Positions 33,235 to 44,915 of a stretch of DNA of 64,000 nt are shown piece after piece. The translations under genes were made by a program, and so were the position numbers. How positions within the stretch are numbered: the stretch's first letter is position 1; every line of letters starts with the position of its first letter. Location: contig OX337238.1 of the NCBI GenBank assembly GCA_946965045.2, positions 930,001 through 994,000 on the forward strand. Direction: 5' to 3'. Under the pieces are notes generated by a model. That model had not been told where the DNA came from. It made no database searches and worked only from the letters and a program-made list of their open reading frames with translations. The DNA is from Epithemia pelagica. Lineage: Eukaryota > Protista > Bacillariophyta.

Positions 33235-33812
33235 GGCGCACCCATTCGCATCATGTTCCCGCGAGTGGAACACACTCACATCGGACGAGATGATGCGTCG
33301 GCTCCGCGCACTCCTCTCACCGGCCAATGGAGTACTGGATCCGTTGAAACGATCCACTGTCACATGGTCACAAGAACCTTCCTAGGAAGGTAGGTTTGCC
33401 GTGTTGACACGTCGGTCTGGCTCGTGGACAACCCCCTTCGGCATTCGTTGGGTGTGCCGTTGGAACGGGTCGTCCCAACTAATCCATCCATCCATCAACT
33501 CTTGTTTCTCCGACAGCCGCTTCCTGGACGACCGAGCAAGGAAACAGTCTGCTCTTTGGCACTGTCAAGAGAACATACCAAGGTCTCAGCTAGAATAAAC
33601 GTCTACTAGGAGAAAGAATGATCTAGTTTATAGGTTTTAATGTCAGGACTGGCAACCCCAGAAAGTGTACACGGTCGGAAAGAGTGCAGATGTTTTAGGG
33701 ACGGGACGCTGTAGAGACAAGGCAATGACAAACACATTTGGAGCACTTGGGTTTCTGTGGGATTCGTCTCGCTTTGTACTATTTGAATGAATACGTCCTG
33801 TCAAGGCGATAG

Positions 33813-35012
33813 TTATTGAGGACAGGATAGGGTTTGTCGGATATCTCCATAACGGGAGTGGTGGTGCGAGGCCGTGTCGTCACCACTGTGTTCTGTGCTG
33901 GTCGGAGGGTAGTACCGAGTGGAGTGGGGTGAAAAACTGGAACAGGATTGTACTTGTGGTGCATCGGGTGGCGAATCGTTGTATGTGGTGAGCCGCCCAC
34001 TCCACAAGGAAGGAGGAGTCGGAGAGGGCGACAGCGAGGACGTTGCCGGGTGGAGGTAACCGGATGGCTCTGGTCGGTCTGTACTAGGGACCGACACAAT
34101 GGAATTGTTCTCTGGGTCAGCCACCTCCTCGCTATTGCCATTGTCTGTTTCTTGATCTTCTTCTTCTTCTTCTTCGTCGTCGTCATCATCTTCGGACGAT
34201 GGCCACGTTGAAAGAGATGTTGGTGCTGTCAGTTGCACATTTTCCAGATATCGTTGCACCGACTCGGTTCGTGTCAGGCCTGGAAGCATGACGAGGCTAC
34301 TATCTCCACTATCCAACGGTTGCGGATGACGGGTGTGTTGTTGCTGCTGCTGGGCAAAGGAAAGGACACTTTCCGACGAGAATTCCACCGTATCGTCCAT
34401 ATCAAAGGCAGGATTGCGAACCAGTTCCATCTCATCGTAGGGAATCCGAGTCACTTGTCGAGTCCGTGGTCTTACGGTTCCGCGACGTTCGTACGATGTT
34501 GAGTCCCACGACGAGAAGGCAGGGTTTGTTCCATTGTCGCGGTGCGAGGTGGTGGATGACGAGTACGATGGCGGTGCAGGAAGTGACAGCAGTGACTCGT
34601 CCTCCACGGGTCGCTCGTCTCCCGCGCCCAATTTCGTGGGGCTTCGGGAAATGTGTTGGTGATGTTGTTGTTGTTGCTGCTGCTGCTGAACGATATCATT
34701 CATGGCGTTGACAATCAACATGGATTGAAACGTCTCCATGACTTCATCCCAAAAGGCTGGATGCACAATTTCGTCTTGATCACCATTTTCATCCGTCACC
34801 ACAAGCGTTGGACTTTGTAAACAAAACGAACCGTCGGATGACAAACTAGTTCCGAACATGGTCGTTGTTGTGGCATGACCGTGTTGCTGATCCGTCCCAG
34901 TGGCCTCGTCGTCCTCCTCGTCATCCCGAAGTACCAATATCACCCCTTCCGACCAAGGACAACGCATGCCCTCGTCCTCGCCAGCAGATGATGGTTTGCG
35001 AGCGTTTGTCAT
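33813..35012 (-). CDS. Hypothetical low-complexity protein (399 aa)
   Basis: ATG-initiated ORF with the Q/S/T/acidic tracts typical of genes in this window. No domain recognised. Confidence 0.6.
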   Translation of the reverse strand: MTNARKPSSAGEDEGMRCPWSEGVILVLRDDEEDDEATGTDQQHGHATTTTMFGTSLSSDGSFCLQSPTLVVTDENGDQDEIVHPAFWDEVMETFQSMLIVNAMNDIVQQQQQQQQHHQHISRSPTKLGAGDERPVEDESLLSLPAPPSYSSSTTSHRDNGTNPAFSSWDSTSYERRGTVRPRTRQVTRIPYDEMELVRNPAFDMDDTVEFSSESVLSFAQQQQQHTRHPQPLDSGDSSLVMLPGLTRTESVQRYLENVQLTAPTSLSTWPSSEDDDDDEEEEEEDQETDNGNSEEVADPENNSIVSVPSTDRPEPSGYLHPATSSLSPSPTPPSLWSGRLTTYNDSPPDAPQVQSCSSFSPHSTRYYPPTSTEHSGDDTASHHHSRYGDIRQTLSCPQ

Positions 35013-36504
35013 GTTGTTGTTGTTGTCAAAACTTGATGATGCTTTTTATTTGTGTGTGTGGAAAGGGGGTTGCTTCAATGAATGATAAGAGACGACGGAA
35101 ACCTTTGACTTCCTTGACCCCTTCTCTTCTTTATTTGGACGAGCGGTCGGTATCAAACGGAAGGGAACTTTATCAAAATGTGAGGAAATCCACCGGCTTC
35201 CGTTGGATGCACACGACGGTTGGATAAGATCAAAATTTGTCGTGGCAGACATCAACGCTTCTATGTACCGTGAAGTGCGCGCTGACCGCGCACCGTAACG
35301 CAGCACACCTGTTGACAAAGCACGTGTTGTTTGTGCGTTGAATGGAATTCACGGACGACCGGACGTTGCCTAGACGTTAACGACTTGGTACTAACTATGG
35401 AGCGCGCGATAGAGTGGTCGTGGTCGTGATCGCGACCGCGGTCGCAGGAGATTGTATGCACAGCTATCAGCTAGAGGAGTACAAATCCACAGTTCTCCAT
35501 TCCACGACATTGACACTCTCACTGGTGTCCACCACAACTGGTATCAACCAAGACAATGGATAGATGAGCGCCCAGCGGATGAGATGTCGTTTTTAGTGGT
35601 AGCAGCTGCTACAACTAGGAGGCTCGTGCGGTAACAGAGCGAAACGAAATGTTGGTGCACCAGCAAAGGTATCGAGAGCAAAAGGGGATATGGGCTTAAT
35701 GGTGGTGCTGAACGATGAAATGAATCGAAACAGATGAGTGTAGCTCTCCCAGTTTGATGTTTCTGTGAGCCCGGGAATCCGGTGAAAAGTCTCCTGTCGA
35801 AAGCATCATGGCTGCTCAATGCTCAATTAATGACTCTGCGATCTTTGCGGATTGCTCAGTTGAGCTACGGTTTCGGAATGATGCATCCACTGATGGGAGT
35901 CTCTCGACCTCAAGGGTCCTCGATCGAGTCCTCGACCTCAAGATCAAATTTGCCGTGCGCAATGCCCGCAGCAAAAAATGAGACAGCTCTGATTTTTTGT
36001 ATCGGTGACACTCTGTGAAGGATAGACACGTAGTATTACAGTCAGTCTTGTTTCTGCGAGCATGCATGCTTATCGAATCACTTATGATACAAGACCAAAA
36101 TATCCCGAATTTTAAGGTCTAATTAATGTCACGCGCGTCGACTCATCGCTGTGAATAAACTTGGCGAATGCTCACTTGATTACTTATTTTGGGTCGCCCC
36201 AAATGAGGGATACATGCAACCGTACAACGTCCTTTTCTCGCTGGGCACACATATGAAATCGACCATCTCAGACTTATACTCAAGCAACAATCGGCTGAAA
36301 GCTACAATTCATCCCTGTTTCTCTTGGAGTGGCTCGTATCTTTGAGATTCTTATTGAGAATTCCAACCGGTTTGCAGGCCGCGAAGGAGTACAGATTAGA
36401 TGTTTACATTATGTTGTTGGGATGATAAAGTACCATTGTCCCCTTTTCCCTTGCTCGAAAACTAAACACGCAAGAGGTGGTGGTTCTAAGAAAGAACGGC
36501 AACT

Positions 36505-39500
36505 ATGGACCACCACCAGACGTCATCGATCACCAAGATGATGGCCAGTCTCTCACAGAGAAGCATGGATAGCTCGTTGCCTCAACTCGAGAGTTCAGTT
36601 GCCGATAGTACGGAAGCTTCCGTTGTTCCAATACCTAAAGAGGATGACTCCTACTATGATCGAAACGATTGTCGTGTCCACAACAACTGGGTCAACAAAA
36701 TGCAAACCCAGTCAAGAAGGCAAGACGTTGCGTACAATAACTTGAACGACGGCAACATGGCTCCTGTCGATAACAAAAACAAAAAGACGCGCAGAGGAGC
36801 TTTCGATTCGTGTAGTTCATCATCTTTTGAAGAGGTTCATCAACATAAACAACAACAAAGCCTTCCGGATTCCAGCTCAAATGAAATCTCCGAGTCGCAA
36901 GAGTCCTCTGTCTACGTGGATCGCCACTCATTTCCTTTCGACAAAAATTCCATCAAGTTCATTACGGAGCTTGAGATAACAAATACACAGTCTCCAGCGC
37001 TGCCGAGTCGTTCTCCTCAATCTCCTGAAGCAGAGAGAACACCTTCCGAGGCAAACAACCCGCAAGGGAAGGCCAATCCTTCCCTGTCCCTTCCAAATAT
37101 CAACTCTACGAAGCCCTGCAGCTCAGCACAAAAGGAAGCAGAAAATTCAGCTACAAGTGACAGCTTGAGAAGTAGCGATGACTATTGGTCTCTAGCGGAA
37201 CAAGCAAACGCCAGTATCAGAGGAAGCCTGAAGCGAAAGGAGGACAACGACAGATTGTGGGCACAACGAAGAGATTGCAGCTCTACTACTTCTACCATAA
37301 GCTCCAAGCCCCTGAAACAAACCAAAAATGCATTTACCCCGCCGGTCGACCTCACGAAAGAGACAATCAGTTCCGCCGCGTCATTCTATGCCATCAAACA
37401 AACAACTACCGATGTCACGACTTCGACAATAACCACCACTACCACACATACCTCAACAAATACGAGAAAGTGCAAGTTACCGCTACCGAAAAGCCCTTCG
37501 AGAAACTCAAATGAAGAACGTCTCAGAAAGCTCATGGACGAGGAGAAAAACCGTCAATCCGAAACGGAATCAGACTTGTCAGAACTTCTGCGTTTGGTGA
37601 ATGAGTTGCAGATGGAGCAGGTAGAAGAGGAACAAGGTCGTCAAAAAGAGACAGAATGCGCTTTATCCGAGCTAATGCAAATGGTCCATTCACTACAAGA
37701 CGATGATCAAATGGAGCCTTTGTCCCACCAACTGGAAGCCGTGGTAGAGGAAGGAAGTGACGAAGAGGACACGTCGGTCAATGATAAGACTGAAACGAAC
37801 CTATTGACTGCCGCAGGTCAAATTATTTCCGGTCTGATACAGGGTGAACGAAAGCCACAGTCAGACTCTGACGTTACGGGCAATGTCAACCAGAGGAGGC
37901 TCAATCTCCGATCCTCGCAAAAGAAGCCGTCTGCTTCTGGACGTAGTAGTACTTGCAGCGATGGCGCAGAAAAGAAAACAGAGAACGGCGAAATCAGCGA
38001 AGAAAGCTTTCCACCCAGACCGAATCGGAGACTGGCGCAGACTTCGTCAAAGCTTTCATCCACAACTGGTGAAAGTTCAAACATATATAGAGAGAAGCGT
38101 TTGCAAGGTGAAGATAATGGTTCGATTCCGACAGGGTTAGACTGGTCTCAAGAAAACACTCTGGCCGAGCATGATGTTTTGTCTGATGTTGCAAAGGAAC
38201 TGGGTGACTTTGATAAGTGTGGACTCTTGGGATTCAATTATGCATCAGACTTCATTCTCCAACTGGGTTTGCCTCCCGAATTGAAGCAGCTTCCTGAAAG
38301 TGCAACCGACATCACAGAGCCACCCGCAGAAATAACTATACCAGCATTCCACAACACCAACACCAATACCCACACCAGTACCAGCAAAGAGGGCTCCGCC
38401 GCCGATGAGGTGACTAGGATGTGTGGGGAGAGTTCAACGGGCGAAGAGCATCAAGCGACTGATCAGTTAATGATGAAGAAATCCGCGAGCAACGATCCCA
38501 TTCCAAGTGACGAAATGGACGAAAAGTCGATTGACAACAAATACAGTTCAGATTGGGAAGGTATAAAAGAAATAATGGAGAAATACAAAATTCCATCACC
38601 ACCCATGGAGAGCACCGACTTGAAGGACGCAAACACGCCACGTGACGAAAGCTTGAACTTGCACAAAGACGAACGACTTCTCGACGTCAGTGTCAGTGCG
38701 AGCTGGGAGAAAACGGATGGAAAGTGTGCAAGCGTCCAAGAGCATTCATCTCAATTGAAGGAAGCTCTGGCGGAGGACAATAAATGCATCGCAAATGACG
38801 ACATGAAGAGTGGTGAGTCGTCAGCACACAAGAAGCTACTTGATTATATAAAGAAACGTCAGCAACCCTCTGGAGATGACAAGGAGAGTGTCACTGATAT
38901 CCGCATGCAATCAAGCGATGTTACAGGTACCAATGACGCTCCTGGTGAACAAGAAGAGTCTTCGATTGCTCCTCAGAATCAACCGCTGGGTTCGTTGTCC
39001 ACCGATGGCATGGAACTGACAAAACTGATTGAAGTTTTGAATGAGGAAGTCTCTACTGCTAGTCGATGTCACAAAAATCACAATGACGAATGGACAAAAG
39101 AACCACAAGAAAACGAAAAGGCTGGTCTTGATATGCAAAATGAAAAACAAGAGAAAACACCAAGTGTGATAGTTGAGACGGTTTTAAGTGACTCCTTTTC
39201 GGTTTCAGACGACAGCAAAAATGACACCAAGCGAAATGAAAGCAAAAGATGGCTTTTCAATGCCCAGAGCAGTGAGAACCACAAAGACAAGGAAGAGCAC
39301 CAAAGGCCCACAACGACAAAAGACTCTACCCAACCAAGCAAACATATCGTGCAAGACGATAGTATCCGCGGTGAAAGTGGTCACCAAGGAGGATATCACA
39401 GACGTCTGATGCTTTTCAACCGACGCCATGACCGTGTCTTGAAGCCACGGTGTAGTCGTCATGGCCTTTCTCATGTCTGGATACCCCCGCAAGACTTTTC

Positions 39501-39666
39501 GGCCACCCTCAAGCGATTTTCTCGCTTCAGCGCGTGCCTGAGCACCTTGTGCGAACAAGTCTTGGCCGTTAGCGACGACCTATGTTCGACTACTGCGAAG
39601 ATCAAGTCCATGGGGAAACCCAAACAGACGCGCGGTGCCCAACAGACACAAAAGCATCTGAAATGA
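36505..39666 (+). CDS. Hypothetical S/E/T-rich, largely disordered protein with a short coiled coil (1053 aa)
   Basis: Long uninterrupted ORF containing a tandem helical repeat (ETESDLSELLRLVNELQ / ETECALSELMQMVHSLQ). No domain recognised. Confidence 0.75.
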   Translation: MDHHQTSSITKMMASLSQRSMDSSLPQLESSVADSTEASVVPIPKEDDSYYDRNDCRVHNNWVNKMQTQSRRQDVAYNNLNDGNMAPVDNKNKKTRRGAFDSCSSSSFEEVHQHKQQQSLPDSSSNEISESQESSVYVDRHSFPFDKNSIKFITELEITNTQSPALPSRSPQSPEAERTPSEANNPQGKANPSLSLPNINSTKPCSSAQKEAENSATSDSLRSSDDYWSLAEQANASIRGSLKRKEDNDRLWAQRRDCSSTTSTISSKPLKQTKNAFTPPVDLTKETISSAASFYAIKQTTTDVTTSTITTTTTHTSTNTRKCKLPLPKSPSRNSNEERLRKLMDEEKNRQSETESDLSELLRLVNELQMEQVEEEQGRQKETECALSELMQMVHSLQDDDQMEPLSHQLEAVVEEGSDEEDTSVNDKTETNLLTAAGQIISGLIQGERKPQSDSDVTGNVNQRRLNLRSSQKKPSASGRSSTCSDGAEKKTENGEISEESFPPRPNRRLAQTSSKLSSTTGESSNIYREKRLQGEDNGSIPTGLDWSQENTLAEHDVLSDVAKELGDFDKCGLLGFNYASDFILQLGLPPELKQLPESATDITEPPAEITIPAFHNTNTNTHTSTSKEGSAADEVTRMCGESSTGEEHQATDQLMMKKSASNDPIPSDEMDEKSIDNKYSSDWEGIKEIMEKYKIPSPPMESTDLKDANTPRDESLNLHKDERLLDVSVSASWEKTDGKCASVQEHSSQLKEALAEDNKCIANDDMKSGESSAHKKLLDYIKKRQQPSGDDKESVTDIRMQSSDVTGTNDAPGEQEESSIAPQNQPLGSLSTDGMELTKLIEVLNEEVSTASRCHKNHNDEWTKEPQENEKAGLDMQNEKQEKTPSVIVETVLSDSFSVSDDSKNDTKRNESKRWLFNAQSSENHKDKEEHQRPTTTKDSTQPSKHIVQDDSIRGESGHQGGYHRRLMLFNRRHDRVLKPRCSRHGLSHVWIPPQDFSATLKRFSRFSACLSTLCEQVLAVSDDLCSTTAKIKSMGKPKQTRGAQQTQKHLK

Positions 39667-41134
39667 TGATAGCGTGAAGATGGTCCACTATTTTCGATAC
39701 ACTTAAAACTAACAGTAGACGTAAGGCTTTTCTTAGAGAGTATGAACAAGCTTCAGGGAATAGTTGCAGTCTCTACTTGTAGTAGACAATCTTTCCTCGT
39801 TCTCTGTGGAGTTTGACGGACATGAAGATTTTGATCACCGTTGAATGAATATTGGAATCCAAGAGGCGGAGATGAAGCAAAATTGGTATCGGCCCTACTG
39901 CTACCAGCAAAACCATGGACCACCGTGCAAAGGAATTATGACAGCTGTAGTTGTTCTGACAGTTGTAGTTGTTATGGTGGTTCTTGTCTTGGGGAGGAAT
40001 GGACGAATGGTTATCTGCTGGTCAGAGTTCCCATCAGCAAGACTCTTGTTAAGAATAGGGGCCACACGAGCCACAAACTGTGACACATTCAAGCAAGTCG
40101 TTGGAACCCCACTCCAAGGAAGCACAGACAACGACGGTGGTTGCAATCCTTGTTGTGTGGTCTGTGGTTAATGTGGTTGACCACAGTGGAAATACTCGAA
40201 TCGATGCCGCCACCAAAAAGTGGCTCGTGCGGATGGATGAGTCTTTCTTCTGTGGTGGATGTAATGCAAATCAATCCTGCGGATACAAGAAACCATTCCT
40301 CGTCACTCCACAAAGATTGCAGTGCTTTTGCAATCGAGAGAGGGAGAACAAGGAGTAGTGGTGGTACTATGGCGGTGGTGGTCGTCGTCGGCGGCGTCAT
40401 CGTTGCACAGTTGCCTGGTGGTCAAGGTTGCTCTGCCTGTGGTTGTGGTACCGTTCTTTCCAGAATATAGACCAATGAAGGTAATCAGCAACGGTTACAG
40501 GCTTCGACCAAACAGTCCGTCCCGTCGACATCGCAGTTCTCATTTCAAATTTTTGTCAATCAACGCGACCCCTTGATTCCATTGAGCAGCGACCATAGAA
40601 AACAACATGACAAGCGTGTCCCAAATTCAATGCTTCGTGGGGTACGCCATTGTCAATTGTCAATTGTCACACGCACTGTTATATCACATGTGGTTCCTGT
40701 GGGCAAACGGACCGCGGGCGGTCAAGCAAAGGCGGAGGCTTCCAACGCCGGCCACGGCATATGATCACTCGCAGCACATCTGTTTTGCGCGCGCGATCAT
40801 GATGTTTCCCGCCACTAAGAGTGAGAGCGATTCTTCTTATTCTTGATGAGTGTGTGATCTCTTTTTGGAATGACCAAGTCTTGACATCAAGAGCGAGTAC
40901 CAACAAACTAAACAACAGACACGATGCGTTGACCCATCAAAGAAGGATTATGTACATGTGAAAGCCACAACGGAGATGGAAGATGGAAATCATCTACGGG
41001 TCAACGAATGGTTCGTGCAGAGATGAGCCAAGATTTTGTCGCCTCCATTGCCATCTGGCTGTGTTTCACATCAAAAGCTGAGATTTCAACACGACTCTCT
41101 TCGACACACTTTTTGTATTGCACCAAAGTAGCAA

Positions 41135-42713
41135 ATGACCATGCAAAAAGAAGTGAAATTGCCCAAGCTTGTCTTCCTTGACACTGACAACAATGAAGAA
41201 CCACAATGGAAGTCAGACTCGTTGCCGCCTCTTTTGGGTGGAGGGCGTTGGTTTCATGCAACGGTTGTTGTGAAGGACAAGGAAAACGAACAGCAGATAG
41301 TTGTTGTCATTGGGGGATATAAATCAAGTGGTGAAACCGATTCGGTTTTGTTGACGAATTTGGGTAAGGACAAGAAGGAATGCAAAGAAGGACCAAACCT
41401 GAATATAAAACGACATGGACAGGCTGCAGTCGTTTGCAATGGCGCTGCTTACGTGTTGGGAGGATACGATGGCAGTTCACATTTGGATTCAATAGAACGC
41501 ATTGATGTTGATGATTTGTTGGAAACAACGTGTACGACCAACAACAAGAAACAGTGGACGACATTGAACTGCCGTTTGTCGACTAAAAGGGCCGGATGTG
41601 CCGCTGCTGTGGTACACGATCGATTTATTGTGGTCGCCGGTGGATCCAATGCAAGTTCCTTCTTGTCGTCAATTAATATCATTGATACGGTAGTGAAAAC
41701 TCAACACACTGTCATTGCTGGACCGTCCATGAAGGTCGCTCGACATTCCTGTTCAATGGCTGTCGTTGACCGTCGCATCTTTGTCGTTGGTGGACGCAAG
41801 GGAAAATCCGAAGAAGTAGACTCTGTTGAATATTTGGAATTCAACGAAGCTTCTCACGAGAATAATGAACCTGCCGGTTTCATATTTCCTTCGTCAACGG
41901 AATGGACGACTCACAAGGATCTTGTTCTTTCTGTCCCGCGGCGCCAACATGCTATTGTTACAGTTGGGTCTTGTTTAATTGTGGCTGGTGGTCTTAGCCC
42001 AAATAGGGTGAAGTCCGTAGAAGTATTGGATACGGAGCGCAATGTTGTGTTCAACCTACCTGATATGACTACCGCACGGAACGGTCCAAGCATGGTGTCC
42101 ATGCCGAACGGAATTGTTGTCATTGGTGGGCAAAATGTGGATTCCTGCGAAATGCTCCCATTGATTGACATGAAGGAACACATCAAGGTACGCCGTCTGT
42201 GGCACTATGGTTTTGTGTATTACTGCGAGGTACTGCGAGCAAATTTGTTGTGGACATGTCGTGTTGTCGCTTACCATGATTTTGGGATTGTCTTGTCTAC
42301 AGAGCATGTATTCATGTCGTGCCGAGCTGGATACAAAGATACAAACACTCATCCGTGCGATTGAACGTGGGCATAACGAACGTCGCAATGTCCATGCCCT
42401 GGAAGAGGCCATCGAGGCAAAATCCTTGCTTCCTCTTATGGAATGGCTTCGTGATCACGACGAAAAGTTCCGCTCTGTGCAAGAGCTTGAAGAAAATATT
42501 GACCAACTTGATGGAGAGTTGCATGAGATTGACATTCTCGAGGGATGCCTTCCAATTGCTCGGAAGATTGAAGCATTAGAAGAGTTTGTTGCCAAGAATA
42601 AGAAAGTGAAATATGAAAGGAACCACGCTGGTCAGAATTCAGAGGATGAATCGGAATCTGGTTTGGTGACAGGAAACGGAACACTGCCAGTGTCTGGCCG
42701 CAACCCTGCCTGA
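41135..42713 (+). CDS. Kelch beta-propeller protein with one coiled-coil exon; paralog of 15080-17433
   Basis: Exons 41135-42187 and 42303-42713 (intron GTACGC...CTACAG). High similarity to the 15080 gene, including 3' flanking sequence. Confidence 0.85.
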
Positions 42714-44915
42714 AATCTCTTGTTGCTACGATGCCCCCGAAGACGGAATTTTCATGCTGGAAGATATGATTGTTGAACTCAAGAGCATGATAGTCCATCT
42801 TTCTGATTGTGTTCGTTTGCTTGAGAATCCGGTGCTCAGAAAAAACGAGACTTAGTTCCATTCCGTGATTATCCTTTTATGACCAATTACCACTTACTTA
42901 TCCTTAGTAATGTCTTACATGAAGAAGGTACCCCTTTTCCCGTCACTGGCATCTCTAATACATTGACAAGTCCATTGCCAGGATGCCTGATCGTAAATCC
43001 AAGTTCATCCTTCCGCCTCTACAGACAAACCATCCGTCAATCCCTCCATTTGTTGCACATCCTAATGGTAAGCACAATCACTTTGGTTCCATTCAGGAGT
43101 ATGAACCATTTCTATAGATGAATTGGGTCGACGAGTCACGGGGTCGGTGGATGGACAAGCGAACGGAGAATGGAACCAGTATGACAGATGTCTCCATTGA
43201 CTGTGGTTGGAGAGCTGACCTGTTGTGCATCTTTCTGCACCCTTTCAATCCATGGCCAAATCCCAAATTCAGATCTATTCTAGAACTACTCCTCTAGAGG
43301 AGTATGGGAATAAGCATAGCACTCCTATTACTCTTATGAGATCACCACACACGACGACGAGCAGACGATCACGAAACAGCGTTGACGACACAACGGCAAA
43401 AACGACGCAACACGCAATCCAAGCATGACCTTGCTTCAGTTCTTCTTCTAGAGTGATCAGCAAAGTTTGTTGTCCACTGGATTGCTCCCACTGCAACCAC
43501 AATCATGGCGACCACAGCCTCGCAAACAATTTCGTCGAAGTCGTGATTCGTCGGGAGGTGGAAGCAACCGTAGCAATAGCAACAAATCAGGAGTGAAGCG
43601 TATGGCCGAATGGGAGTAGTATTGGTCGTCATCCAGGACGAGGGGGGAAGGAGAATATGATTCGAATTGGTCGTCTCCACGGCCACAGCAATGCGTCCAC
43701 AGAGCATAGGCACAAACCCTATCGTAAAAAAGACCTCATCCACTCGTCGGTAACACCAAACAACAGAAACGCAGAGAAGATCTACGCTCTCCACCTTGTT
43801 GTGCGATCTGGAAGTCAACCCAGAATCTCGGGAATGCTGACCTCATTTTTTCATAAATGGATGTTTCAGATGGTGAGTCACCGACGTAATGTGTCCGACG
43901 ACGACACGCACCAAAATTTTGTTCTTGCAAAGATTTCTAGCAGGTTACCTTTCCCGTCCAGATCTCTGGGGCCCTTTGATCCGTTGTTCCACTGGACTTG
44001 CCTTCTGCGAGCATGAAAGCTGTGTTTTTCCAAAAAGTTACTCCAGGAGTCCTATAAAAAGATTTGGTACGTTCGTCACGCGCGCCACCTTGTTCTCGCC
44101 ACCTCGCGATCTTGTGTCGAGCAATTCCACATGGACAGGCACAGCAACACGGGTCTTGTTTGGCGGGTGGTTGAGGTGCAGGTTTCGGGACAACGACCAA
44201 AATTCATACGAGGTCTTCCTATCTATGCGAACCATCACCGATAAACATGCGTGTGATTGTGATTCTTGTGTACAGCTTGTGAGAGAATAGTAATATCGAG
44301 CGATCTGAGTTCCATTGGCATCGAAAGACAAGATAGATTTATCGTATTGAATCTTGTCTATTCAATGACAGCCGATCAGAAGTATTGTTTGTTCACATGG
44401 GTTTGTGAGGAGGACCGTTCGAGCACCAACGTTTGTCACGCTTAAGTTAATGGGATGGGTATGCGTTGGCGAGTTTGGTGATCGTACTACTACAAAATAT
44501 TCAGTATGTGATCGAGGGTTATTTCGCCAGAGGCTGTTGGTTCGATAGACTTAGAGCCGGCGCGCGCAATGAATGGAAAGATTTTTGGTAGAATAATTAG
44601 AGGTATCACGATCGTGTAGCGCCGCTCAATATCTCTCATATTTTACGTTGGATCCGTACTGTTTCGGGCAGTCCTCGTACTTCCACCGGTGGCAAAACCT
44701 GTGCTCATTGTCGATCGTCCCAATCGCTTCCAGACACTTTCTCCATCTCACCGAAAGATCCAACAACGAGTGCATAGAAGTATAGTTTGTGCTATTGCTA
44801 TTGCTTTCACGCTGTATTTTTGTCCAAACACAAGCAAATCAAAGCAACAGAAATTTTTGGCGTGTGAGTCGTTTGTACGCTTCCCTAGTGAGTTTCGTTT
44901 GGGGGACAAAACAAC

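Noticed and set aside
33376-33391. Perfect 16-bp palindrome ACCTTCCTAGGAAGGT
   Set aside because: About one such palindrome is expected by chance in 64 kb (64000/4^8).
39841-40576. Cluster of 60-110 aa ORFs on both strands
   Set aside because: Low-complexity sequence with few stops; no consistent frame or motif.
43275-44331. Minus-strand ORFs, including a weak pogo-like WSNFLEKHSFHARR segment
   Set aside because: Similarity is too weak, the frames are interrupted and no terminal repeats are seen.
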